Origin: Chloroflexota bacterium
GTDB taxonomy: Bacteria > Chloroflexota > Anaerolineae > Promineifilales > Promineifilaceae
Direction of reading: 5' to 3'
Length of the DNA: 64,000 nt
Assembly (NCBI GenBank): GCA_017993775.1
Contig: JAGOMA010000005.1
Location: 19,561 to 83,560, forward strand
Shown: positions 42,672 through 52,811 of the stretch, piece by piece
How positions within the stretch are numbered: position 1 is the stretch's first letter
How the letters are laid out: each line of letters begins with the position of its first letter
Notes under the pieces: generated by a model
Told to the model about the DNA's origin: nothing
The model's database searches: none
What the model saw: the letters and a program-made list of their open reading frames with translations, nothing else
Made by a program: the position numbers and the translations under genes

Positions 42672-44120
42672 TTACGGATGTTCACAGCCATGTCGCCAGA
42701 CACGGCCGTCACGAGCCAACAAAGCGTCTGCGGCCTCCGGTCCCCGGCTGCCAGGCGCATACTCTGTCACCGGCGGCGTACCCGTCATCTGCCAGCCAGA
42801 CAGTATCGGGTCCACAAGCTGCCAGGCCGCCTCAATGCCGTCGCTGCGGGTAAAAAGCGAAGCATCACCCCGAATGGCATCCAGCAGCAGCCGCTCATAG
42901 GCATCTGGCAGCGAATTGCCTTTGAACGAAGATTGATAATGGAACTCCATATCCACGGAGTCTGTCACCCGCGCATCGGGTACTTTTGCTTCAAACTTGA
43001 GGTGTATCCCCTCATCCGGCTGAATACAAATCGTCAGGATATTGGAAGTGAAATCTCCATCATCCAGGCCTTCAAACATCAAGTGCGGCGGTTTTTGAAA
43101 CTGGATGACAATCTCCGAATTTTTACGTATCAGCGCCTTGCCAGAACGCAGATAAAAAGGCACTCCTTGCCAACGCCAATTATCTACATAGAGCTTGAGC
43201 GCCGCATAGGTTGGCGTTTGCGAGCCTTCGGCCACGCCTTCTGCATCACGATAGCCGACATATTGGGCGCGCACCGTATCGGCCAGGGAAATTGGGCGCA
43301 CCGAATTTAACAATTTCACTTTCTCGTTACGCACTGCATCAGCGGCAAACGAAGCGGGCGGCTCCATGGCCACCAGGGCCAACAACTGCATCAGGTGGTT
43401 TTGAAACATATCGCGCACGACGCCAGCCTCGTCATAATAACCGGCGCGATGCCCGACATCCACGCTTTCGGTAACTGTAATTTGCACGTTATCGATGTAA
43501 TTACGGTTCCAGATAGGCTCGAAGATGGTGTTGGCAAAACGAAAATACAGAATGTTTTGCGCGGTTTCCTTGCCCAGGTAATGATCGATGCGGTAAACCT
43601 GATGTTCCAGAAATACGCCGTGAACCGCCTCGTTCAATTCCTTGGCCGAGGCCAGGTCATGGCCGAATGGCTTTTCGATAACAATGTGCCGCCAGCCGTG
43701 GTCTGGTTCGCGGGCCATGCCTGCGCCGCCCAGGTTTTTGATGATCGGCACAAAGAAATTGGGCGCTGTCGCCAGATAATACAGTCGGTTGGAAGGTCCG
43801 GATTCCAGGTTGCCGAGATAGGCGCGTAAATTTTCAAAATCTACCGAATTGTCCAGGTTGCCCCGAAAATACCAGACGCGTGATTTGAATATTTGCCAGG
43901 TTTCAGGCGTATAAGAATCGGCGGCGAACTCTTCTACGCCAGTTTGTAATTGATCGCGGAAATAATCGTGGGTCCAATCGCGGCGCGCAAAACCAACGAT
44001 GTTGAAGGCCGGCAGGCGATCTTTGCGGAACGAGCTAAAAAGCGCCGGGATGAGTTTTCGTTGGGTCAGGTCGCCTGTAGCCCCGAAAATGATAATGGTA
44101 ATCGAATCGTTTTTGTCCAT
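42672..44120 (-). CDS. zwf: glucose-6-phosphate 1-dehydrogenase
   Basis: IIFGATGDL NADP-binding N-terminus and the RIDHYLGKE active-site motif. Confidence 0.95.
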   Translation of the reverse strand: MDKNDSITIIIFGATGDLTQRKLIPALFSSFRKDRLPAFNIVGFARRDWTHDYFRDQLQTGVEEFAADSYTPETWQIFKSRVWYFRGNLDNSVDFENLRAYLGNLESGPSNRLYYLATAPNFFVPIIKNLGGAGMAREPDHGWRHIVIEKPFGHDLASAKELNEAVHGVFLEHQVYRIDHYLGKETAQNILYFRFANTIFEPIWNRNYIDNVQITVTESVDVGHRAGYYDEAGVVRDMFQNHLMQLLALVAMEPPASFAADAVRNEKVKLLNSVRPISLADTVRAQYVGYRDAEGVAEGSQTPTYAALKLYVDNWRWQGVPFYLRSGKALIRKNSEIVIQFQKPPHLMFEGLDDGDFTSNILTICIQPDEGIHLKFEAKVPDARVTDSVDMEFHYQSSFKGNSLPDAYERLLLDAIRGDASLFTRSDGIEAAWQLVDPILSGWQMTGTPPVTEYAPGSRGPEAADALLARDGRVWRHGCEHP

Positions 44121-44175
44121 TGTGTGAGTTTCCTAGGGTGTCGTGGCGCAAAGGTTTGCGTGGGGGTAACGGCCG

Positions 44176-45642
44176 TTACGCATTATAAGTCGTCGCGGTG
44201 ATGTTGCCGCCTTCCCCCGTCCAGTTTGTGTGGAAGAATTGACCGCGCGGCTGATCGACACGCTCGTAAGTGTGCGCGCCAAAATAATCACGCTGCGCCT
44301 GAATCAAATTAGCCGGCAGCCGTTCCCGGCGGTAGCCGTCAAAAAAGGAAAGCGCGCTGGACATAGCCGGAACAGGCACGCCAAATTGCGCAGCCTGGGC
44401 GACGACACGACGCCAGGCGGCCTGCGCAGCCAGAATTTGCTCTTTGAAATAAGGAGCAAGCAAGAGATTGGTCAATTCAGGGTTGTGGTCGTAGGCGGCT
44501 TTGATTTTGTCTAGAAACGCGGCGCGGATGATGCAGCCCTCGCGCCACATCAGAGCGATGCCGCCGTAGTTCAGGCTCCAGCCGTATTCCTGCGACGCAT
44601 TGCGGAAAAGCATGTATCCCTGGGTGTACGAGATGATTTTGGCGGCGTAGAGGGCTTCGCTGAGGTCGTTGATGAAGGTGGCCCGGTCGCCGCTGAACGC
44701 TGATTGCGGACCATGAAGTTCGGCGGCGGCAGCGACACGCTCATCCTTGAGCGCGGAGAGGAAGCGGGCAAAGACGGCTTCGCCGATAAGCGTCAGCGGG
44801 ATGCCGTGATCCAGGGCGGCCACGGCCGTCCACTTTCCCGTCCCCTTTTGCCCGGCCGAATCCACAATTTTGTCCACCAGCGGCGCGCCGTCTTCTGCCT
44901 GAAAGGCCAGAATGTCGGCCGTGATCTCGATGAGATAGGAATCGAGCTTACCCTGGTTCCAGCTGGCAAAAATACGGCTCATCTCAGCCGGGGACACGCC
45001 CACCACAGTGCGCAACAGATCATACGCTTCGCTGATGAGCTGCATATCGCCATATTCGATGCCATTGTGAACCATTTTTACAAAATGACCGGCGCCATCT
45101 TCGCCTACCCAATCGCAGCAAGGCGTACCATCGGCCACCTTGGCGGCGATTGCCTGAAAAATATCTTTGATGTGTGGCCATGCGGCCGGTGAACCGCCGG
45201 GCATGAGTGAAGGACCATGGCGCGCGCCTTCTTCGCCGCCGGATACGCCGCTGCCAACAAACAAGAACCCTTTGGCTTCCAATTCACGGGTGCGGCGAGT
45301 GGTATCCTGGTAATTGGAATTGCCGCCATCGATGATAATGTCTCCCGGCTCAAGATAGGGCAAAACCTGATCGATCACGGCGTCTACCGGGCCGCCCGCT
45401 TTTACCATGAGCATGACACGGCGCGGTCTTTTTAGCATAGTTGCCAATTCGGCAATAGAATAGGCGCCGAGAATTGGTCTGTCTTGGGCATTGCCCTTTA
45501 AGAATTCATCGGTAACGGCCGTTGTGCGATTATACACAGCCACCGTAAACCCATGGTCCGCCATATTTAGAACCAGGTTCTGGCCCATCACCGCCAGACC
45601 AATTAACCCAATATCAGCAGCGCCTTTACGATCATCGTCCAT
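44176..45642 (-). CDS. gnd: 6-phosphogluconate dehydrogenase (decarboxylating)
   Basis: [16 protein letters not shown] Rossmann motif and full-length similarity; adjacent to zwf. Confidence 0.9.
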   Translation of the reverse strand: MDDDRKGAADIGLIGLAVMGQNLVLNMADHGFTVAVYNRTTAVTDEFLKGNAQDRPILGAYSIAELATMLKRPRRVMLMVKAGGPVDAVIDQVLPYLEPGDIIIDGGNSNYQDTTRRTRELEAKGFLFVGSGVSGGEEGARHGPSLMPGGSPAAWPHIKDIFQAIAAKVADGTPCCDWVGEDGAGHFVKMVHNGIEYGDMQLISEAYDLLRTVVGVSPAEMSRIFASWNQGKLDSYLIEITADILAFQAEDGAPLVDKIVDSAGQKGTGKWTAVAALDHGIPLTLIGEAVFARFLSALKDERVAAAAELHGPQSAFSGDRATFINDLSEALYAAKIISYTQGYMLFRNASQEYGWSLNYGGIALMWREGCIIRAAFLDKIKAAYDHNPELTNLLLAPYFKEQILAAQAAWRRVVAQAAQFGVPVPAMSSALSFFDGYRRERLPANLIQAQRDYFGAHTYERVDQPRGQFFHTNWTGEGGNITATTYNA

Positions 45643-46125
45643 AATTTTTTCAATCTCCTTGTATTCGCTTCACGCAAATTGAACACTTTTGTGGTGACAT
45701 ACACTTAAAAATGAGCCTGCCCACCCATTGTAGAGTGTTTTCCGCAGGAGCCATCAGGGCGTCGGACCATGCCCTGCGGTTTAGATGTGCCGGGTCTGGT
45801 GGTTTTTACAACCACCCGATCAGATGAGCAACATATCCGGGCTGGATATAAGAAACGGGTGAACATCGTTACGGGTAAATATGTGATTTATGACGTTTAC
45901 GGAACCACGACTTTGTAGTACTCTAGGGTTAATTGAGTCATAGCAATCAACTTCATTTAAAGATTTACCCCACAATAAGTTTTTTATTTTACGGCAACGC
46001 ATTTTTCCAGACTAATCTGCAATGATACTACCACTTATTCGTGTACTGTACGGCGAAAGCTAAGGTAGACATCATCTCTGGCTCGCGGGTATGGAAAAAT
46101 TGCAACATGAGCATAGGAGTAACAC

Positions 46126-48135
46126 ATGGTTATTGAATTTGGACGCGACGTTTGTGGTGATCTAACCAATACGGAACGACGTGAATGGCTTGTTACCAAC
46201 GGTATCGGCGGCTTTGCCTCCGGCACCATTGCCGGCTTGTTGACCCGTCGTTATCATGGCCTGTTGTTCGTGCCCATGCAGCCGCCCGTTGGCCGCATGT
46301 TGTTTGTGTCTAAAATTGAGGAAACGGCCGTTTACGCCAAACACACCTACCCCCTGCACGTCGATCGCTGGACAGGCGGCCTGCTGGAGCCTAACGGCTA
46401 CCAACAATTAGAACAATTCCAACTCATCGGCACAACCCCCGTGTGGACCTTCGCCTTCGCCGACGCCCAATTGGAAAAACGCATCTGGATGCAGCAAGGC
46501 GCCAACACTACCTACGTTCAGTACCATTTTCGGCGAGGCACAGAACCCCTTACCCTCAACACGCGGGTGCTGGTCAACTACCGCAACGCCCACAACAACT
46601 CCCATGTCGATTCCTGGGATATGAAAATCGAACCCATTAAAAAAGGGCTAAAAGTAACCGCCTACGATGGAGCCATGCCCTATTACCTGCTCAGCGACCG
46701 GGCTGTCGCCACGGCCCAACACGATTGGTACCGCCGCTTCTTCCTCATGCGCGAAGCCAATCGCGGCCTGGATGCCATCGAAGATCATCTACATGCCGGT
46801 GATTTTGAGGTCACTCTCCAGCCGGGTGAATCCGTTACCTTCGTCTTCAGCACCGAAGCCAGACCTAATATGGATGGCGCTGCGGCTTTTGCCGAACGCC
46901 AGCAATACGAGGCCTCCTTGCTGGCCAAAGCCCAATACACCTGCTCCGATCCCGCCTACAAACCATACATCGATCAACTCATCCTGGCGGCCGACCAGTT
47001 TGTGGTTAAACGGCCGTTACCCACCCGCCCCAACGGCCGTTCCATTCTCGCCGGCTACCACTGGTTCAGCGATTGGAGCCGCGACACCATGATCGCCCTC
47101 CCCGGCCTGCTGCTCACCACCGGCCGGTTTGAAGACGCCGCCACCATCCTGCGCACCTACGCCTACTTCATCGACCAGGGCATGCTGCCCAACCGCTTCC
47201 CCGACGGCGCCGACAAACCCGAATACCACGCCGTTGACGCCACCCTCTGGTATTTCCAGGCCATCCACGCCTACTACACAGCCACCAAAGACACCCAACT
47301 CGTCCGCGAACTATTTCCTGCCCTCCAGGACATCATCGCCTGGCACCAGCGCGGCACCCGCTACAACATCGGCGTCGATCCGCAAGATGGGCTGCTGTTC
47401 GCCGGCGAAGAAGGCCACCGCCTCACCTGGATGAACGCCGAAACCGCAGAATGGGTCGTCACCCCGCGCATCGGCAAACCGGTAGAAGTCAACGCCCTCT
47501 GGTACAACGCCCTCTCCATCATGGCTGAATTTGCCGCCATGTTCGGCTACGAAAGCCCCAATTACCAGGAAATGGCCCAAAAAGCCAAAACCGGTTTCGC
47601 CCGCTTTTGGGACACCGAACACAACTATTGCTACGACATCATCGACGTACCGGGGGCAGACGGCAGCAAAACCCACGACGGCCGTCTCCGACCCAATCAA
47701 CTCTTCGCCGTCTCCCTCCCCTACAGCCCTCTGCCGCCCAAACAACAAAAACGAGTCGTCGATGTATGCAGCCATCACCTGCTCACCTCCCACGGGCTGC
47801 GCACCCTCACCCGCAGCGACCCCGGCTACATCGGCAGCTACGGCGGCGACGATTGGCAGCGTTCAGCCGCTTACCATCAGGGCACCGTTTGGAGTTGGCT
47901 CCTGGGACCATTTGTCCAGGCACATCTGCGCGTTTATAATGACCTGGAACAAGCGCAAACCTTCCTGGTCCCCCTGTTTCATCACCTTTCCGACTATGGC
48001 GTTGGCAGTATCGCCGACGTTTTCGATGGCGATCCGCCCTTTACGCCCCGCGGCTGCATTGCCAAAGCCTGGAGCGTGGGCGAATTCCTCCGCATTTGTC
48101 AGATCGCCTTCATGACCATGGAGACGCAAAAGTAG
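46126..48135 (+). CDS. glycogen debranching enzyme-like protein (amylo-alpha-1,6-glucosidase / GDE_C, GH133-like)
   Basis: N-terminal GDE_N-like region plus an (alpha/alpha)6-barrel region (WFSDWSRDTMIALPGLLLTTGRFEDAATIL...). RBS AGGAG. Confidence 0.75.
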   Translation: MVIEFGRDVCGDLTNTERREWLVTNGIGGFASGTIAGLLTRRYHGLLFVPMQPPVGRMLFVSKIEETAVYAKHTYPLHVDRWTGGLLEPNGYQQLEQFQLIGTTPVWTFAFADAQLEKRIWMQQGANTTYVQYHFRRGTEPLTLNTRVLVNYRNAHNNSHVDSWDMKIEPIKKGLKVTAYDGAMPYYLLSDRAVATAQHDWYRRFFLMREANRGLDAIEDHLHAGDFEVTLQPGESVTFVFSTEARPNMDGAAAFAERQQYEASLLAKAQYTCSDPAYKPYIDQLILAADQFVVKRPLPTRPNGRSILAGYHWFSDWSRDTMIALPGLLLTTGRFEDAATILRTYAYFIDQGMLPNRFPDGADKPEYHAVDATLWYFQAIHAYYTATKDTQLVRELFPALQDIIAWHQRGTRYNIGVDPQDGLLFAGEEGHRLTWMNAETAEWVVTPRIGKPVEVNALWYNALSIMAEFAAMFGYESPNYQEMAQKAKTGFARFWDTEHNYCYDIIDVPGADGSKTHDGRLRPNQLFAVSLPYSPLPPKQQKRVVDVCSHHLLTSHGLRTLTRSDPGYIGSYGGDDWQRSAAYHQGTVWSWLLGPFVQAHLRVYNDLEQAQTFLVPLFHHLSDYGVGSIADVFDGDPPFTPRGCIAKAWSVGEFLRICQIAFMTMETQK

Positions 48136-48236
48136 GTTCCAATTCACAAAAAGGATTCGCCGATTGGCGGAGGTCGGCAGCGCGTAACCGGACAGCGGTA
48201 ACAAACCAGATCCAAACTCTTTCTTAAGGAATTTAC

Positions 48237-49487
48237 ATGCAGCAGTTTTTTCTTAACCAGCTCGAACAAAGATTTGTCCGTTACGTACAGATCGATACGC
48301 AAAGCGACGAAAAGGGAACGGCCGTTCCCAGCACCGAGAAACAGCTTGATTTATTGCGCTTGCTGGCCGATGAGATGCGCGCCCTGGGCGTAGAAGATGT
48401 CCTCCTCACCGATTACGCCTGCGTAATGGGAACCATTCCGGCCACCATGCCCGCCGCTGACATCCCCACCGTCGCTTTTCTGGCCCACGTGGATACCGCC
48501 CCGGCGTTTAGCGGCACGGCCGTTAAACCCCTCATTCACCGCAAGTACGACGGCCGTCCCATCACCCTGCCCGACGATCCCACCCAGGTTCTCAACGCCG
48601 CCAACTCCCCCGAACTGGCCGGTAAGATTGGCGAAGACGTCATCACCGCCAGCGGCACAACGCTACTGGGCGCCGACGACAAGGCCGGCGTAGCCATCAT
48701 CATGACCATGGCCGAACACCTGCTGGCCCACCCGGAAATCCCCCACGGCCCTATCCGTCTTTGCTTCACTCCCGACGAAGAAATCGGCCAGGGCGTGGGA
48801 CGCATGAACCTGGACGACCTGGCCGCCGATGTAGCCTACACCCTGGACGGCGGCGACGCCGGCGAAGTGACCTACGAAACCTTCTCCGCCGACAAAGCTG
48901 TGGTAACGCTTACCGGCGTCTCCACCCACCCGGGCACGGCCAAAGGGGTGCTGGTCAACGCCCTGACGTTGGCCTCCAACCTGATCCAGCAGCTGCCGCA
49001 AGACAGCCACACGCCGGAGACGACACACGGCCGTCAGGGATTCATCTTCCTCTACAGCCTGCAGGGCACGGCCGCCGCCGCCAACCTGCAATTTATCCTA
49101 CGCGACTTCGAAGTGGAAGGCTTGCAAGCCTACGGCGACCAGATTCGCGCCGTCGCTGCCCACATTCAGGCCGCCGAACCCCGTGCGCGCATCGAAGTAG
49201 CCATCACGCCGCAGTACCGCAACATGCGCTACTGGCTGGAAAAAGACAAAACCCCCGTGGAGATGGCCGAAAAAGCCCTGGCGCGGGTCGGCATCCCCGT
49301 CATTTCGCAGCCCATTCGCGGCGGCACGGACGGCTCCTGGCTGACGGCCAAAGGGCTGCCCACGCCCAACCTCTTCACCGGCATGCACAACTGCCACGGC
49401 CCGCTGGAGTGGGTGACGCTGCAAGACATGGCCCGCGCCACCGAGGTCTGCGTGCATCTGGCCCAGGTCTGGGCCGAAGCCGGCTAA
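48237..49487 (+). CDS. pepT: peptidase T (tripeptide aminopeptidase, M20B)
   Basis: FVRYVQIDTQSDE..., HVDTAP, GADDKAGVA and TPDEEIG metal-ligand motifs typical of PepT. Confidence 0.85.
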   Translation: MQQFFLNQLEQRFVRYVQIDTQSDEKGTAVPSTEKQLDLLRLLADEMRALGVEDVLLTDYACVMGTIPATMPAADIPTVAFLAHVDTAPAFSGTAVKPLIHRKYDGRPITLPDDPTQVLNAANSPELAGKIGEDVITASGTTLLGADDKAGVAIIMTMAEHLLAHPEIPHGPIRLCFTPDEEIGQGVGRMNLDDLAADVAYTLDGGDAGEVTYETFSADKAVVTLTGVSTHPGTAKGVLVNALTLASNLIQQLPQDSHTPETTHGRQGFIFLYSLQGTAAAANLQFILRDFEVEGLQAYGDQIRAVAAHIQAAEPRARIEVAITPQYRNMRYWLEKDKTPVEMAEKALARVGIPVISQPIRGGTDGSWLTAKGLPTPNLFTGMHNCHGPLEWVTLQDMARATEVCVHLAQVWAEAG

Positions 49488-49671
49488 GCTTGCCCCAGAG
49501 TGGTCCAATCTCCTTGCGGAGTAAAATTAAATGGTACTGTTATAAGGGCGACCCGATGGGTCGCCCGGTTTGCGTTTTGGGCCAGCGGGCTATTCACTGC
49601 TACCACCAAGCCCTATCGAAATGCGGTATAATCCGCAGCCAATAAGACCCAACAAAACGAGGCAACCAGCC

Positions 49672-50841
49672 ATGAGCATAGCCATTGATTCAACTTATAC
49701 CGTGCAAACGTTAACCGACCTGGTGCAAATCAATTCCGTCAACCCGGAATTATCGCCGGAGGGGGCGGGCGAAACGGCCGTCGCCGCCTACGTCGCCCAG
49801 GCGCTGCGCACAATGGGTCTGGAAGTGACCACCTACGACCTTGGCCCCAGACGGATGAACGTGGTGGGCGTGCTGACAGGGACGGGCAACGGCCGTGCCC
49901 TGCTCCTGAACGCCCACATGGACACGGTGGGCGTGGGCGGCATGGTTAATCCCTTTGGCGCGGTGATGCGCGACGGCCGTTTATACGGCCGTGGCGCGCA
50001 AGACATGAAGGGCAGCCTGGCCGCCATGATCGCCGCCGTCAAAGCCCTGGTCGATGGCGGGGTGCAGTTGGCCGGGGATGTGCTGCTAACGGCCGTGGCC
50101 GACGAAGAATACGCCAGCATCGGCACAGACGATCTCGTGCGCCACGTCACCGCCGACGCCGCCATCGTCACCGAACCCACCGATATGAGCCTCTGCCGCG
50201 CCCATCGCGGCTTCATCTGGTTCGAAGTGGAAACGATTGGCCGCGCCGCCCACGGCAGCCGCTACACCGAAGGCGTCGACGCCATCACCCATATGGGCCG
50301 CTTCCTGGTAGAGCTGGAAGCATTGGGGCAGGAACTGCTGCAGCGGCCGCCCCACCCGCTGGCCGGACCACCCTCCATCCACGCCTCGCTGCTGCAAGGC
50401 GGCAGCGAACTCAGCGTCTATCCGGCGCGCTGCACCCTGAAACTGGAACGGCGCACCATCCCCGGCGAGACGGTGGCCCAGGCCACGGCCGAACTCCAGG
50501 CGCTCATCGACCGGTTGGCGGCGGCTGATCCTGATTTTCGGGCGACGGTACGGCCGTTTTTCGACCGCGAGCCGTTTGAGGTTGCCGCCGACGCGCCGAT
50601 TGTGCAGGCGCTGGCCCAGGCAGGCACGGCCGTTTTGCGCCAGCCGCCCGCCCACACCGGAGCCACCTTCTGGACCGACGCCGCCATCCTGGCAGCCGCA
50701 GGCATAGACACTGTGCTGATGGGACCTATCGGGGCCGGGCTGCATAGTGACGAAGAGTGGGTTGAGGTACAATCCGTGCTGGATCTGGCGCAAATTTTAG
50801 CGGAAACGGCCGTCAACTTTTGCAAATTACCTATAGACTAG
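49672..50841 (+). CDS. M20 family metallopeptidase (ArgE/DapE-like deacylase)
   Basis: NAHMDTV, GAQDMKG and ADEE motifs. Start chosen at MSIAIDS; the ORF track extends 34 codons upstream. Confidence 0.8.
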   Translation: MSIAIDSTYTVQTLTDLVQINSVNPELSPEGAGETAVAAYVAQALRTMGLEVTTYDLGPRRMNVVGVLTGTGNGRALLLNAHMDTVGVGGMVNPFGAVMRDGRLYGRGAQDMKGSLAAMIAAVKALVDGGVQLAGDVLLTAVADEEYASIGTDDLVRHVTADAAIVTEPTDMSLCRAHRGFIWFEVETIGRAAHGSRYTEGVDAITHMGRFLVELEALGQELLQRPPHPLAGPPSIHASLLQGGSELSVYPARCTLKLERRTIPGETVAQATAELQALIDRLAAADPDFRATVRPFFDREPFEVAADAPIVQALAQAGTAVLRQPPAHTGATFWTDAAILAAAGIDTVLMGPIGAGLHSDEEWVEVQSVLDLAQILAETAVNFCKLPID

Positions 50842-50879
50842 AGACCGGAGGCTCGTCCAGTCTCCATATTCATCGACCT

Positions 50880-51893
50880 ATGACGCAACAAAGCCGAATG
50901 AAAGAACAAAAAACAGCCCGCCGGCGGCAAGAAATGCGCGCCAGTTTACTGCTGCCCGTCGGCATCACCTTCGTCGTCTGGCTGGCGGGGCTGGTGGCCT
51001 ATTTACTGCTGCCAGGGCAGTTTTATGCCGTCGTTACCCTGCTCGTCGGGCTGGGGATGTTCATTTTTCTGTTTATCTGGACGCGCAACGCCACGCGGCG
51101 GGTGCGCCGTCTGGCTATTTTGCTGGCCGTTCCGGCGCTGATTGGCATCGCCCTGGGCATGGTTTACGGCAGCGCCACCTACACGCTGCTGGGCGTAGGG
51201 GTGTCGATGATTTTGCTGGTCCTACAACGGGTCATCGAAACGCCGATCTCGTTTCGGTTTGCGCTGCGCCATTTCCAGAACGGCCGTATCGAAGCCGCCC
51301 TCGATCTCGTCAACCGGGCCATCAACGCCCGGCCGGAATACTGGCAATCTTACCAGCTGCGGGCCATGATTTACCTGACCAAATTGGACTTTTTGCGCGC
51401 CGAAAAAGACGCCCTGGCAGCCATCGAGCGCAACCCCAAAGCCCACCCCGCCCTGAACACCCTCGGCCAGACCTACCTGGCCGAAGAACGGTTTGCCGAG
51501 GCGGCGGAGGTATACGGCCGTGCCCTTGACCTGGCCCCCAGTTACGCCCTCTACTACTACCACCTGGGGCTGGCGCAGTACCGTCTGGAGCAGTTTGACG
51601 CCGCCGCCGACTCGTTGGCCTCGGCCACCCAAAGCACCCTGCCCATCGTCGAATACGACCTGCAAACCTATTACTATCTGGGGCGCAGCCTGGAAAATCT
51701 CGGCGAAACGGATCTGGCGGCGGAAGCCTTCACGGAAATGGCCAAATTTACCGCCGGCCTCTGGCCGCTCCAACGGCAGATGGCCAACCAACCCGACTAC
51801 CCCCACCTGGCCCACATGCGCGCCGATCTGGCTGATCTGTCCCAACGTCTGCCCGCAGAAACGTCAGACCAGCCAAAGCCAACCAGACCCTAA
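50880..51893 (+). CDS. membrane-anchored TPR-repeat protein
   Basis: Four hydrophobic helices followed by TPR-like repeats (YWQSYQLRAMIYL..., ALNTLGQTYL..., YYYHLGLAQY...). Confidence 0.55.
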   Translation: MTQQSRMKEQKTARRRQEMRASLLLPVGITFVVWLAGLVAYLLLPGQFYAVVTLLVGLGMFIFLFIWTRNATRRVRRLAILLAVPALIGIALGMVYGSATYTLLGVGVSMILLVLQRVIETPISFRFALRHFQNGRIEAALDLVNRAINARPEYWQSYQLRAMIYLTKLDFLRAEKDALAAIERNPKAHPALNTLGQTYLAEERFAEAAEVYGRALDLAPSYALYYYHLGLAQYRLEQFDAAADSLASATQSTLPIVEYDLQTYYYLGRSLENLGETDLAAEAFTEMAKFTAGLWPLQRQMANQPDYPHLAHMRADLADLSQRLPAETSDQPKPTRP

Positions 51894-52015
51894 GGGTTTG
51901 GTTCCTGAATAGTTAGACCTTCTGGGCCTCAAACCCTGAGGGTCTTCCCGGACCCTCAGGGTTTTGCTCATGAATAACCAGACCTTCTGGGACTCAAACC
52001 CTGAGGGTCTTACCA
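51893..52015. repeat. two tandem REP-like hairpins (family A: GACCCTNAGGGTTT ... AAACCCTGAGGGTCTT)
   Basis: Each copy is stem GACCCT(A/C)AGGGTTT, a ~36-nt loop containing AGACCTTCTGGG, then AAACCCTGAGGGTC. The same stem occurs at 9378-9436, 18696-18737 and 24700-24740. Confidence 0.6.
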
Positions 52016-52046
52016 GAAAAACTTAAACATTTACCAGGAATTTATT

Positions 52047-52706
52047 ATGCAACTTTACATGATTCGTCACGGTCAAAGCTATGTCAATCTACCGGATTGG
52101 GACAAAGGCAACATGGACGCCGGGCTGACCAACCTGGGCCAACAACAGGCGGCCGCCCTGGCAAAATGGCTGCCCGACCACCTGACCCACGTGGACGCCC
52201 TCTATGCCAGCACCATGAAACGGGCGCAAGAAACGGCCGCGCCGCTGGCCGCCGCCTACGGCCTGACCATTCAGCCGGATGATCGCTTGCGCGAGATTGG
52301 CAACAACCGCCTGGACCACACCCCCTGGCCGAGTGATGGTTTGCCGGAATACAGCGATTATTGGGGATCGGAACGGCCGTTTTCCTCCATTACTCCCGAC
52401 TACGACAACGGCGAAAGCCTGATGCACTTCCGCGTGCGCGTTGGCATGTTCATCGAAAGCCTCATCGAAAAACACCGCAGCGAAATCATCGTGGCTGTCT
52501 GCCACGGCGGCGTCATCGAGCTAACCTACGACCACGTCTTCAACATTGGCCCCTGGCGGCGCTGCGAAGTATGGACCAAAAACACTGGCATCACCCGTTT
52601 CGAGCTGGTGGAACACCCCACCCGCGAAACCTGGCGGCTGCACTACCACAGCCGCGCCGAACATCTTGCCAACTTAAACATGCCAGCCAGTAAGACGACA
52701 AATTAA
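52047..52706 (+). CDS. histidine phosphatase family protein (phosphoglycerate mutase-like)
   Basis: MIRHGQS catalytic RHG motif and a downstream His (CHGG). Confidence 0.8.
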   Translation: MQLYMIRHGQSYVNLPDWDKGNMDAGLTNLGQQQAAALAKWLPDHLTHVDALYASTMKRAQETAAPLAAAYGLTIQPDDRLREIGNNRLDHTPWPSDGLPEYSDYWGSERPFSSITPDYDNGESLMHFRVRVGMFIESLIEKHRSEIIVAVCHGGVIELTYDHVFNIGPWRRCEVWTKNTGITRFELVEHPTRETWRLHYHSRAEHLANLNMPASKTTN

Positions 52707-52811
52707 TCTCGACAGCGTTTCACCTGAAATCCGAATTGCGTTATACTGATAAGGGGACTGGAAAATTCCTTCCTTCAATCTTCATTCTACAAAACCTACC
52801 GGAGAAGCTGC

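Noticed and set aside
50086-50793. 235-aa minus-strand ORF
   Set aside because: Antisense to the M20 peptidase gene.
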